Positions 1 to 9,872 are shown, counted from the first letter of the stretch. The stretch is 64,000 nucleotides of DNA from an uncultured delta proteobacterium (GCA_963745835.1 CAVUZH010000014.1:320001-384000); one strand, 5' to 3'. Notes: generated by a model from the letters alone, not told the origin. Translations and numbers: made by a program.

Positions 1-773
1 CAGCCTTCTTCTTGATCGGTTCCAACGGCGCCGAGCCTCACTCCGTTGAGCACCGCCATAGGCGTCGGCAGCACAACTGAAATAAGTTCAGTGATCGCCG
101 ACATGCCCGGTGCATGCGTGATTCGCTCGATGAACAGTTTGCGTATCTCATCGCGCGTGGAATCTACTGCGATTACCCCGGAGCTCGGCATCACATTGCC
201 GGTCAGACGAACTTCTTTGCCGGCGGCTTGTAAAATCTCGCGCACTTGCGGCCGGACTGCTTGGTTTCCGGCGACGATGATCGGCACGGATACCGAAGAG
301 TTCGCAAGCAGGCGGGCGTTGTGCAGAATCGTTGCACTATCTCCGCGGTCGGTGCCGCCGGTAAGAAGCACCATATCCGCCCGTAATCGGACGATTTCGT
401 CGATCGCTTTGCTGGCTAGCTTAAATGCAAATGCGCCGACAACTTTGGCGCCGGCTCCCAGGGCTGCCTGGCTGGCTGCAAGAAGCGTCAAACCAGGTAC
501 GAGACCGATCACCGCCATACGCAAGCCGCCCGCGGCGCTGCTCGAAGCAAGAGCTAGGTGCCCGCTCAAGACTTCTAGACTCTCGGGTGGATGGGCAAAT
601 AGTGAGTAGCGTTCGTGGAGTACGGAGAGTGCCTGGAGCAATCCCTCACGCACATCGGTGTGGATGGTGGTGGGAGCCTGGCTCCTACCGACCACCAGAG
701 ATTTATCGAGGTCAACGGCAACGACTTTGGTGAAGGTGCTGCCGAAGTCGATAAGGAAAGCAAGGGATAACAT
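1..773 (-). CDS. glmL: Glutamate mutase accessory/reactivating protein GlmL (MutL), runs off the left edge
   Basis: Not in the ORF track. Manual translation from ATG 773 gives MLSLAFLIDFGSTFTKVVAVD...SSAAGGLRMAVIGLVPGLT...AALGAGAKVVG...LLTGGTDRGD...IIVAGN...NVMP...LPTPMAV, the GlmL family motif order. Confidence 0.88.
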   Translation of the reverse strand, partial: MLSLAFLIDFGSTFTKVVAVDLDKSLVVGRSQAPTTIHTDVREGLLQALSVLHERYSLFAHPPESLEVLSGHLALASSSAAGGLRMAVIGLVPGLTLLAASQAALGAGAKVVGAFAFKLASKAIDEIVRLRADMVLLTGGTDRGDSATILHNARLLANSSVSVPIIVAGNQAVRPQVREILQAAGKEVRLTGNVMPSSGVIAVDSTRDEIRKLFIERITHAPGMSAITELISVVLPTPMAVLNGVRLGAVGTDQEEG

Positions 774-876
774 CTAAAAACAAGCAAGCAAGGTTAAGAT
801 ACGAGCAGCGAACATCAGGGCTCAGAGTTCGGCAGAAAATGAAAGGTGAGATCGGACCGGGAAGGCTGCCGACTGT

Positions 877-1953
877 TTACTTCGCCGTTGCGATCGTCCG
901 ATATAGATCCATCAGCCGTTTATCGCCCAGTGTGCCTTCGATATCGCGGTTCATGTCCTCGCCGCGTATCAAATCTACTTCCAAACCCAACTTTTCAGAT
1001 TCCTTTAGAAAAAGTTCGTCTTGGGTCATCGAGGCAAAAGCGTCGCGCAGGATTTTCACCCGATCAGCGGGCACTCCCGGCGGCAAGACCACGGAGCGCG
1101 CGAGATTCTGCCCGGCATACAATGCCTGCAACAAGCCTTTGCTACCCGCCGGCGCTAGCTCCTCCATCGTCGCTATATCCGGAATGCGCGGATCGCGGCG
1201 CTTCTTCGAAGTCGCCAAAATTTTGATGTAGCCATTTTTGATCCAATCGCGTCGGGTCGCCATCAAAGAACCGATTCCCTGGGCGCGGCCGTCGAGAGCG
1301 CCGCGCTCGATATCGAGCAGTATCTGCGGCGTGCCCGGATATCCCGGGATGACTTGGAAGTCGAGATCAAAAATTTGTTCGGCGATCTTGACCACGACGT
1401 TGCTGGTGTGATCGAGCGCTTGGGCGCCCATTTTGGGCTGTTTTCCTGCGCGATTGACCTTCCGAATCGCATCAAAACTCGTATACGGCGTCGAAGTTTT
1501 TAGATAGAGCACCTGCGCGTCATCGAATGCCTGGCCGACCCAGATAAACTTTTGCAAGTCGAATTTGATCGCTTCATTGCCAGTGGCCGTAGCGAACAGG
1601 CTGCCGGTATTGAGTGTGCTGATGCTTAGGCCATCGGGCTTTTTCAAGTTATAGAGCTCATTGGCGGCGATCATGCCGCCCGCGCCCGGCTTGTTGGCGA
1701 CGTCGATGCGCGGTTTGCCTGGGATGTAACGTTCGATATGCCGAGCGATCACACGCGCGGTCAGATCGGTACCGCCGCCGGCCGAAGAGCCGACCAGAAA
1801 TGTGATGGTCTTGCCCTCGTAGAAGTTCTTGGACGTCTGCGCGTGCAAAGGCAAAGCCACTGCAAGCGCGACCACCGTTACATATAGCCCGATCGTTGTT
1901 CGATACGAGCGCGCCTTCTCGATTAGAGGTTCTCCTGATGTAATGTGTTTCAC
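877..1953 (-). CDS. Tripartite tricarboxylate transporter substrate-binding protein (TctC/Bug family)
   Basis: FYEGKTITFLVGSSAGGGTDLTAR, NKPGAGGMIAAN, GYPG and PPGVPADRV motifs; signal peptide-like segment. Confidence 0.9.
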   Translation of the reverse strand: MKHITSGEPLIEKARSYRTTIGLYVTVVALAVALPLHAQTSKNFYEGKTITFLVGSSAGGGTDLTARVIARHIERYIPGKPRIDVANKPGAGGMIAANELYNLKKPDGLSISTLNTGSLFATATGNEAIKFDLQKFIWVGQAFDDAQVLYLKTSTPYTSFDAIRKVNRAGKQPKMGAQALDHTSNVVVKIAEQIFDLDFQVIPGYPGTPQILLDIERGALDGRAQGIGSLMATRRDWIKNGYIKILATSKKRRDPRIPDIATMEELAPAGSKGLLQALYAGQNLARSVVLPPGVPADRVKILRDAFASMTQDELFLKESEKLGLEVDLIRGEDMNRDIEGTLGDKRLMDLYRTIATAK

Positions 1954-2079
1954 TCGTTACCGATCCTTATCAGATTGTGCCGGCCAGAAGATCCAAAACT
2001 CTGCAAGTTGGCGATTTAACGAGTTGAACGATTGTAACGTTTGGAATTTATTGGAACCGCGCTAAAGCTTCGATCTTGG

Positions 2080-3120
2080 TTAATACCCCCAGCGCTGCTC
2101 GACTTTACTGACTCGTTCGTACTCTTCCGCGAGCTCTTTTCGTCCGCGCAATTCTTCATACGCCTCATCAACCAGATCCTGCGCCGCCACCTCTTGGATC
2201 GGCGGAACCTGGTAATTCAGCTCGCCGAGCCGTTCTTCTTCTTTGAGCATATCCTCGAAGCCTGTCGCCCGTCCGTTCAGGGGAAACGGCATTGCTTCCA
2301 GATCCCGCGGAGTTCGGAGATGCGTCACGATCCGTTCTTCCGGATCCGCACTCTTGAGCCGCAGCCGCTTTTCCAAATTATTTACGTATTCATAATTCTT
2401 CGGCATGTCTCGAATAAACCAGTAGCTGCGGATAATTCCCCGCAGAAAACTCTTGACCAAGTCTGGCCGCTCTTCGAGAACTCGGCCGGTGACGGCGATG
2501 ATGCGTTCGGGACGCCCATTGGGATACTGATCCGCCGGCGAAACCAGCGCATTGCAGCCCTCTTTTTTGAGATCTTCGGCGCTCCAAGGCGGCACCGGCG
2601 CGCATTCGACTTTGCCATTGCGGATAGCATCAACGTGGAATCGCGAATTGACGCCGAGCCTCACCCACTCGATATCGCGCTCCAGATCCAATCCGGCCTT
2701 CTTCAACTGAATCTGGATTGCCCAATGGCGAATGCTATTAAAGTCGCTGATCCCGACCCGCTTGCCTTTCAACTCTTGTAGCGTCCTGATATGCGGCGGC
2801 GCGATCCACACGTTGGTATGCTGGTTGCGCCAGCCGCACAAGATGTACAGATCGGCGCCGCGCGCCCGTTGATAGAAAACTGTGCGCGACTGAACGTCCA
2901 GCGCGATGTCAATGGATTTTTCCTTCATCGCTTGCGAGATGCCGAGCTTTTCAAGCCCGAACGGCACCATCGATTCGGTTAAGATCTCGTACCCCAGGGT
3001 TCCATGCGGTGTAATCAGGCCTTCGTCGTAAAAGAAATTCATCTCATGCGCCGTCATCACCGGCACTTGATGCAGCATATGATAACAAGTGGGCCCGATT
3101 CTCAATTTTCCATCGAGCAT
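2080..3120 (-). CDS. NMT1/THI5/SsuA-like binding-fold protein without a signal peptide
   Basis: IRTLQELKGKRVGIS, AGLDLERDIEWV and PDLVKSFLRGIIRS motifs; no hydrophobic N-terminus. Confidence 0.75.
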   Translation of the reverse strand: MLDGKLRIGPTCYHMLHQVPVMTAHEMNFFYDEGLITPHGTLGYEILTESMVPFGLEKLGISQAMKEKSIDIALDVQSRTVFYQRARGADLYILCGWRNQHTNVWIAPPHIRTLQELKGKRVGISDFNSIRHWAIQIQLKKAGLDLERDIEWVRLGVNSRFHVDAIRNGKVECAPVPPWSAEDLKKEGCNALVSPADQYPNGRPERIIAVTGRVLEERPDLVKSFLRGIIRSYWFIRDMPKNYEYVNNLEKRLRLKSADPEERIVTHLRTPRDLEAMPFPLNGRATGFEDMLKEEERLGELNYQVPPIQEVAAQDLVDEAYEELRGRKELAEEYERVSKVEQRWGY

Positions 3121-3201
3121 GACGGTTCTCGCTTTCTGTACGGACGCGAATAAATGGCGAGCGATGTAGGCGACTGGAGGATTGAACGGCTTGACTATAA
3201 C

Positions 3202-4206
3202 TTATCTCTTATCCAGCGCCCGAACAAAGCCGCTCTCCTCGATGCGCTTCATAAACGCCGGCTCGATAACCAGACTCGCATCGGTTTGTTTCGCCTGCGG
3301 ATATTGCAGCGATAACATTTCCAATCCTGCCTTGACAACTTGCAGAGACGGATAAGGCGCATCATCGATGGTGCCACGAGTGTGTTGATAAGACTCTTCT
3401 AAAATTCCTTCATCGGCACCTTTCATATAGAGCCTCAACGCCGCCAGTGACTTTGCTTTATCGGTCTTGAAGATATGAATTCCCTCGACGATGCACTTGA
3501 TAACTCGCTCTACGAGATCCGGGCTCTTGGCCGCCGTTTGCCGCAACACCACCACGCTAGTATAGGGATACTCGACACCGAGTTTGTCGAAACTTACCAA
3601 TTCTTTAAAGCCCGCTTTGCGTGCGATGAACAAGTGCGGAATGGACATCGCAGCGCCATCGACGATGCCGCGTTCGAGCGCTTGCAGACCGAGATACGGT
3701 TCGCCAGTCGGCAATAACTTCACGTCGCGATCCGGGATAAGCCCAAACTTGCTGCGCAGCACATATCTTACCGTTGCGTCCAAAAAAGCCGCAGGGCGGC
3801 CGGTCGCGATCGTCTTACCCTTCAATTCTTCGACACTCTTAATCTCTGGCTTCGCAAAGAGCGATGTGCCGATTTTACTGGTAATTGTTGCGACCAACAC
3901 TTGGTCCTTGACCCCGACAATATGCGAGGTCATGGTGCCGGTCCCGGAAGCAATGACTACCGGCACATCACCGGTGGCGAGCAACTGCTGCGGTCGTACT
4001 CGGCCGGCATAAATCGCCTTCAAGTCCAACCCATACTTAAGTCCGACACGTTCCTCGACGGCGATCCAGAGTGGAGCGTAGGTCGCAGTGATGTTGGAAT
4101 AACCCACTGTTAGCGGTTCAAGCCGTGTGGCGCCAAACACTTGGCCGCTTGAAAGCAGCCCAGTGACTATCAAAGATCGGACAACAAAATTGATTGCTTG
4201 TAACAT
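3202..4206 (-). CDS. ABC transporter substrate-binding protein, NMT1/SsuA-like
   Basis: Signal peptide; YAPLWIAVE, IKSVEELKGKTIA and FGLIPDRDVKLL motifs. Confidence 0.85.
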   Translation of the reverse strand: MLQAINFVVRSLIVTGLLSSGQVFGATRLEPLTVGYSNITATYAPLWIAVEERVGLKYGLDLKAIYAGRVRPQQLLATGDVPVVIASGTGTMTSHIVGVKDQVLVATITSKIGTSLFAKPEIKSVEELKGKTIATGRPAAFLDATVRYVLRSKFGLIPDRDVKLLPTGEPYLGLQALERGIVDGAAMSIPHLFIARKAGFKELVSFDKLGVEYPYTSVVVLRQTAAKSPDLVERVIKCIVEGIHIFKTDKAKSLAALRLYMKGADEGILEESYQHTRGTIDDAPYPSLQVVKAGLEMLSLQYPQAKQTDASLVIEPAFMKRIEESGFVRALDKR

Positions 4207-4284
4207 AGGGTGATTCCGGATGAAAAAGGATTAGCCTTGCCGGTTATCACCGTGGCGGTTTTATGTCAATGGAGTTACCCGCGA

Positions 4285-4308
4285 AACATTGAACGAACAG
4301 TCAATGTT
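4285..4308. promoter_or_regulatory. Perfect 8-8-8 inverted repeat (candidate operator) between divergent genes
   Basis: AACATTGA-N8-TCAATGTT, lying between a minus-strand TTGACA (~4264-4269) and a plus-strand TTGACA (4369-4374). Confidence 0.4.
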
Positions 4309-4436
4309 AGCTAACGCCGCTTACCACTAAAACGGTTATCAGTCAGGGAGGAAAAATCTGAGCGCTGCTTGACAGTGTTCCCTCATCCGCAGTAACTGTA
4401 GCGATTGTCGCACATCGTTATTTTGTAGGAAACTTC

Positions 4437-5648
4437 ATGACTGAATTTAATCAGCAACCGCCGCTCGCGGGTTGTCGAGTTCTCGACATCGGCGGACCCT
4501 TGGCGCTCCACTGCACTAAACTTTTAGCCGATATGGGTGCGGACGTCATCAAGATCGAGCAACCCTCGGGCGATCCGTCACGGCGCGTTCCACCATTCAA
4601 AGATGATTCGCCCCATCCGGAGAAGAGTCTTTATTTTCTGCACTTCAATACCAATAAACGAGGCATCACACTCGACATCGAGAAAGCCGATGGTCGCGCG
4701 ATCTTGCTGGAGTTAGCTGCCAAAGCCGATGTCGTCATTGAAACGTTTCGTCCTTCGCATGCCAAAGAGCTGCGCCTTACATACCAGGATCTCACGGCAA
4801 GCAATCCCGGATTGATCGTCGCCTCGATCACTCCCTTCGGCCAGTCCGGCCCTTGGCGCGACTACAAGGCGGACGACATAGCCGGATTAGCTCTGGGTAA
4901 TTTGTTGTATCTGGCAGGCGAACCCGGCGAGCCGCCGCTGCAACCGCCGGGCGAAATCGCTTATGGCATGGCATCCACCTATGGCGCATTCGGCATTGCC
5001 ACCGCGCTCTATCATCGGTTGGAGAGCGGCCGCGGCCAGCACATCGATGTATCGATGCACGAATGTTCCGGCCACATCGCCGGCTATTTCATCCCCAATT
5101 ACGGTTACACGGGCGCGAAACCGGCGCGCGCTTCACGCAAAGGCGAAGAAACCGACCTCTACGATCCCTACGCTACAAAGAACGGCTACGCGCGCATTTT
5201 CATTATCCCGGTCGAACAATGGCGCCGGCTGGTAGATTGGATGGGGCGCCCACCTGCGATCTCCGGACCGGAATTCGAGAAGATGTCTTATCGCAGGCAA
5301 CACCCGGAAGTGGTGGTGGGCGCGATCGCGAAATTTTGTGCGCGGCATACCAAAGAGGAACTCTACGAGGAAGGCCAGAAGCGCCGGATCGCGGTTACTC
5401 CGATCAATACAGCCGGGGAGTTCATCAATAGCGAACAAGTCAAGGAACGGCAGACCTTCCTTAAGTTGGAGCATCCCATTATCGGCAAGTACGCGCACTT
5501 CGGCCCAGTGCCGAGACTGAGCGAATCGGCCGGCAGAGTAGACCGCACCGCGCCGCTGCTCGGCCAGCACAACCAAGAAATCTACTGCGGCGAACTGGGC
5601 ATGAGTAACGACGATCTCGTGGCGCTGCGCGCCAGCGGCGTCATTTGA
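4437..5648 (+). CDS. Class III CoA-transferase (CaiB/BaiF family), probably non-catalytic BbsE-like subunit
   Basis: PLAGCRVLD, LADMGADVIKIE, NTNKRGITLD, GQHIDVSM and APLLGQHN motifs; the catalytic Asp position reads GEIAYGMA. Confidence 0.9.
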   Translation: MTEFNQQPPLAGCRVLDIGGPLALHCTKLLADMGADVIKIEQPSGDPSRRVPPFKDDSPHPEKSLYFLHFNTNKRGITLDIEKADGRAILLELAAKADVVIETFRPSHAKELRLTYQDLTASNPGLIVASITPFGQSGPWRDYKADDIAGLALGNLLYLAGEPGEPPLQPPGEIAYGMASTYGAFGIATALYHRLESGRGQHIDVSMHECSGHIAGYFIPNYGYTGAKPARASRKGEETDLYDPYATKNGYARIFIIPVEQWRRLVDWMGRPPAISGPEFEKMSYRRQHPEVVVGAIAKFCARHTKEELYEEGQKRRIAVTPINTAGEFINSEQVKERQTFLKLEHPIIGKYAHFGPVPRLSESAGRVDRTAPLLGQHNQEIYCGELGMSNDDLVALRASGVI

Positions 5649-5853
5649 TACGCAAGGTTTTCACCGGCAAGCACACGGCCACGAGGTGTTAGCAGGTTAG
5701 TTTGACAACTCTGAACTCCGTGCCATCGTGATCTGCGTGTCAACTCTTTTGGTCGCGGCTTTGATGCACGAGCCTCTTCATGGTGAAAGGTTTTTTGGCG
5801 CTGGCGTCGATGCGCAGATAAATTTTTGCTGGAGATGTTAAAAGAAGGATTCT

Positions 5854-7062
5854 ATGGCCAAGTTACCTCTTGAAGGCATTCGGGTTATCGAGCTAACCAC
5901 GGGCGCGGCGGGTCCGACGGTCGCGCGGGTATTGTGCGAATTCGGCGCGGAAGTAATTCGCTGTGAAACGCGCTTGCGCGGTGACGGCCACCGTGGTGAG
6001 GACCCGAAGTTGTGGAACAAGAAGCCGGATTTCATGAAGCTTCAGCGCGGCAAAAAGTCTTTCACCGTCAATATGCAGACGCCGAAGGGTCGCGAGGTAG
6101 TTAAAGAATTGGTGAAGAAATCCGACGTGCTGGTGGAAAACTTCGGCCTGGGTATCCTGGAGAAGTGGGGCTTGGATTGGCCGCAACTGAAAGAGATCAA
6201 TCCGCGCTGCATTCTGATTCGCGTCAAAGGCATGGGCTGCAGCGGTCCCCACGCGGCTGATCTAACCTATGGGCCCAATGTCGGCAACACTATGGGTACG
6301 ACTTATCTGTGGAACTATCCCGGTGCGACAACAGCCACCGCCGAGCCGCGCACGCAGCATCCCGATTTCATGGGTGGAGTCACCGGTGCATTCGCCGTAG
6401 TCCTCGCACTGATTCACCGCAAGAAAACCGGCCGCGGGCAGTGGATCGATAGCGCCCAGGTAGAGATTGGTGCATCGCTGCTCGGGCCCAAGTACCTGGA
6501 ATACTCGGTTAACCAGCGCGAGCCGCAACCACACGGTAACCGCAGTCTAGTGGCCGCTCCGTATGGTCCCTACCAATGTAGCGGCAATGACCGTTGGTGC
6601 GTGATCTCAGTTTATAGCGATGAGGAGTGGGAGCGCCTCGCGGGTTTGCTGGAAAAATCCGGCCTCCGGCGCGATGCGAAATTTGCCACCCACTTGCAGC
6701 GGGTGCGCCATAAGGCAGAGTTGGACAACTGGATTACCAGTTGGACGAAACAGCATGATCCGTACGAGGTCATGGAGAAATTGCAGAGCATCGGCGTAAG
6801 CGCAGCTGTCGTTCAGGACGTCGAAGATCAATTCAAACGAGATAAACAGTACGCCGCGACCGGATTTCTGGTGAATATGACCGAGCCGGAAGCCGGCGAT
6901 GTCGTCACCGAAGGAGTGCCGATCAGGCTATCGTCGACGCCAGGCAAAGTGCGCGGGCTGGCGCCGTTAATGGGCGAGCACACATACGAAATTGCCCGCG
7001 AACTCCTCGGTCTCAGTGACGAGGAGATCAAGAAGCTGGACGAAGAGAAGGTGTTGTACTAA
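5854..7062 (+). CDS. Class III CoA-transferase (CaiB/BaiF family), catalytic BbsF-like subunit
   Basis: PLEGIRVIEL, FGAEVIRCE, DVLVENF, HPDFMGG (catalytic Asp) and APLMGEHT motifs. Confidence 0.9.
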   Translation: MAKLPLEGIRVIELTTGAAGPTVARVLCEFGAEVIRCETRLRGDGHRGEDPKLWNKKPDFMKLQRGKKSFTVNMQTPKGREVVKELVKKSDVLVENFGLGILEKWGLDWPQLKEINPRCILIRVKGMGCSGPHAADLTYGPNVGNTMGTTYLWNYPGATTATAEPRTQHPDFMGGVTGAFAVVLALIHRKKTGRGQWIDSAQVEIGASLLGPKYLEYSVNQREPQPHGNRSLVAAPYGPYQCSGNDRWCVISVYSDEEWERLAGLLEKSGLRRDAKFATHLQRVRHKAELDNWITSWTKQHDPYEVMEKLQSIGVSAAVVQDVEDQFKRDKQYAATGFLVNMTEPEAGDVVTEGVPIRLSSTPGKVRGLAPLMGEHTYEIARELLGLSDEEIKKLDEEKVLY

Positions 7063-7122
7063 TACGCGGATCAAGAGACATAACAGAGTTTATCTAAATC
7101 GAAACTACTCAACGGAGGACTG

Positions 7123-7959
7123 ATGTCAGAACCACAACCGCTTGTTGTTTATGAGAAACGCGCTCCACATATCGCGATTATTCGTCTGAACAGACCGGAA
7201 AAGAAGAATTCTATCAGCCGCGATCTCTACTGGGCGCTCGATGAAGCGTGGCATAAAGCCAAGGACGATGACGACGTCTGGTCGATCATACTCACCGGCA
7301 CGGCCGACGCCTTTTGCGTCGGCGGCGATCTGAAGGAGAATCTCGCGTTTGCCAAGGGTGAAATGACCGGGCCAAGATCAGGCCCGCGTCAGTACAGCAA
7401 TTTGCGCGCGCTGCAGATGCACAAGCCTATCATCGCCGCAATCAATGGCTTCGCCGTTGGCGGCGGCTTCAATCTGGCGCTGGCATGTCACATACGTTAT
7501 TGCGTACCCGCCGCTAAGTTTGGTTGCTCCGAAGTGCGCTGGTCCCACATGGCCGCCTGGCCGAGTTACGTTTGCCAGCTACCGACAGGCTGGGCCTACT
7601 GGTTCGCGCTTACCGGGCAAATGGTTGATGCCGACACGGCGTTTCGGTTAGGGCTGGTGCAGAAAATTTGCGATCCCGACAAGCTCATCGATGACTGCGT
7701 CGAGTTGTGTACGACGATTAACCGCAATGGCCGGCTGATCGCCGCCCACACGACGGAGTATATCGAAGATAGACTGCTCTACGAAATTCAGGGGTACGAA
7801 AAAGGATTCGAAGTGCACCGAGAATACTACGCCCACCTGCGCCAGAGCAAAGACTACGATGAAGGGTCGGCGGCGTTTACCGAGAGACGCAAACCTGAGT
7901 TTAGCCAGGAATACTACGATAGAAGCAGTAAACTGCCGGGAGTGCCGGAAACCAAGTAG
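7123..7959 (+). CDS. Enoyl-CoA hydratase/isomerase (crotonase) family protein
   Basis: LNRPEKKNS, AFCVGGDL and KPIIAAINGFAVGGGFNLALAC motifs; GGAGG RBS. Confidence 0.9.
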   Translation: MSEPQPLVVYEKRAPHIAIIRLNRPEKKNSISRDLYWALDEAWHKAKDDDDVWSIILTGTADAFCVGGDLKENLAFAKGEMTGPRSGPRQYSNLRALQMHKPIIAAINGFAVGGGFNLALACHIRYCVPAAKFGCSEVRWSHMAAWPSYVCQLPTGWAYWFALTGQMVDADTAFRLGLVQKICDPDKLIDDCVELCTTINRNGRLIAAHTTEYIEDRLLYEIQGYEKGFEVHREYYAHLRQSKDYDEGSAAFTERRKPEFSQEYYDRSSKLPGVPETK

Positions 7960-7984
7960 CTGCAACTCAACCATCTTCAGGGCC

Positions 7985-8028
7985 GGCTTGAGCGATTTGG
8001 CAGAGTTAAGGTTCAAATCGTTCAAGCC
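7985..8028. terminator. Long hairpin built from TTGAAC-type repeats, between convergent genes
   Basis: GGCTTGAGCGATTTG pairs with CAAATCGTTCAAGCC (one G-U pair). Confidence 0.45.
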
Positions 8029-8226
8029 GTTCCGAACTTTCGCTCATTTCTATCTCGCTTGCCGAGGCGACGTTGACACTCATCCTCTTTTTCTTCGCTC
8101 TTCAGGTTCCCGCTCGACTTTAAAAGCTTCTCTCTACTCTTACGCCCAATAAACTCTCATCAAGACAGTCCGCCCTTGACGTTTTTAACGACTTGAACTG
8201 TTTGACCCGCTTGAACCAAACCGCGA

Positions 8227-8664
8227 TTACGAGCGTACGACGTCTTCGAAACTAGGTTCCGGCATGCCGGCCTTCCACGTCGGATCGCGCAACTCGAGAC
8301 GATTGCCGCTGGGATCGAAGAAATAAAGTTCCCTTCCCGGGAAATAACCTTTTGCGCGATAATACAGGCGATCGATGGCGACCTTCTTTTCCGCAAATAA
8401 CTTGCACGCCTGATCGAGAGTTTCGGGGCTCACCGTAAAAGAGTGGTGCACGTTCTCCTCCTCGACATGGGATTTGTCGACGTTCTCCGCGCGCTGGCAC
8501 AGTAGAATATGTTGATCGCCGACATTGAAGCAGGACATGCCGGAATTGCCGAGCCGCCCCAGCGGCTTTAACCCGAGAAGATCGCCGTAAAATTTTTCCG
8601 ACTCCTCCAGATCGTTAACTGGAATGGACCAGTGCGTGATTCCCTCGATTTTGAGTGATCCCAT
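8227..8664 (-). CDS. VOC/glyoxalase family protein
   Basis: ITHWSIPVNDLEESEKFYGDLLG, HHSF and LYFFDPSGNRLEL motifs. Confidence 0.9.
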   Translation of the reverse strand: MGSLKIEGITHWSIPVNDLEESEKFYGDLLGLKPLGRLGNSGMSCFNVGDQHILLCQRAENVDKSHVEEENVHHSFTVSPETLDQACKLFAEKKVAIDRLYYRAKGYFPGRELYFFDPSGNRLELRDPTWKAGMPEPSFEDVVRS

Positions 8665-8963
8665 AGAAGACCTCCCATTTACGTTATAGTTTTCTTAAGC
8701 GACATCCGATGCCAGAATAATCCGCTTCTATCGCCGACAAGGGCTTGCTGTCAATCAGCAAACAAGCTGGCCGCAAACATGCGCACGAACAGATCGATCG
8801 GGGACCGGTGCTTGCTCGCAGTTTCGCCGTCGCTGTGATCATGGTAACAAGCGGCGAAGGGAACGACTTAATCTGACCGGAAGGTTTGCGCTTGCTGTTG
8901 CTTGCGGCTCAAGCGGTCCGATGATGTCTCTCCTGACTTCAGACAAGGAAGGTAATTTTCCAC

Positions 8964-9872
8964 ATGAGTTATTTGCCAAAAAAAGGTGTCAGCTTTGAAC
9001 TGATTGAATTTACAAGCGACGGCACGACTGTGCAGGGGGGCATCTTCGGCCCAGACCCAAAGCTTTTCCAGGAGCCCGACACTGCTGTGGTGTTGGTGCA
9101 CGGTGTCGAAGGGTACTGGTATGCCGGACCGACGATGTTTCTCGGATGCTATCTAGCGGAGTACGGTTATGCGGCGCTCGCCTACAACGGTGTCCACTCT
9201 GGAGAGAGCTTTCGAACCTCGAAATTCGAGTGCGCGGTGGAGGAAGTTGATGCTGCCATTGCTTTTGCTCGAACTCGCGGATTCAAGAACATCTTTCTCG
9301 CCGGACATAGCCTGGGCACTCCGATCATCGAGTATTATCAAGGAGACAATCCCAGTCCTTTCGTTAAAGCCCTAGGCGTTTACGGCCCGCACATCGATAT
9401 TCCAAGCGTCACAAAGGAGTCCCTGCTCGGTGCCGATCTGTACGAGAAGTTTGCTGCGGAGTGCCGCAGCTTGGTTGCAAGCGGCAAGGGCGACGAGATT
9501 AAATTTCTGCCATTCCGGGAAGGCAAATTGATCATCACCTCTGCCAAAACATTTCTCAGCTACCGCGACGTCGAGACCAGCAAAGCCGCGGTGGAACAGA
9601 TGATTGCGCATATCAAGGTTCCGCTGTTGATCGTTTATGATCGCGCCGACAACATTCAGGGAAAAGGCACTATCACTCGACGGGAAACTATCGCCGCCCG
9701 GATCAAAGAAAGTGCGGTAAATTGCCCTAGAGCCAATATCGTCGTGATTCCTTCTCACCCCGGCAACTCCCCTTTCCAGGCTCATCTGTTCGTGAACAAT
9801 GAGCGCACGGTCACACAAGAGACGGTGAAGTGGCTGACAAGTGTCGGTCTCGCACCTGCCCGGGCACTATGA
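8964..9872 (+). CDS. Alpha/beta hydrolase
   Basis: VVLVHG and nucleophile elbow GHSLG; C-terminal AHLF. Confidence 0.8.
   Translation: MSYLPKKGVSFELIEFTSDGTTVQGGIFGPDPKLFQEPDTAVVLVHGVEGYWYAGPTMFLGCYLAEYGYAALAYNGVHSGESFRTSKFECAVEEVDAAIAFARTRGFKNIFLAGHSLGTPIIEYYQGDNPSPFVKALGVYGPHIDIPSVTKESLLGADLYEKFAAECRSLVASGKGDEIKFLPFREGKLIITSAKTFLSYRDVETSKAAVEQMIAHIKVPLLIVYDRADNIQGKGTITRRETIAARIKESAVNCPRANIVVIPSHPGNSPFQAHLFVNNERTVTQETVKWLTSVGLAPARAL

Noticed and set aside
46-609. 187-aa plus-strand ORF
   Set aside because: Antisense shadow of glmL, which has clear family motifs on the minus strand.
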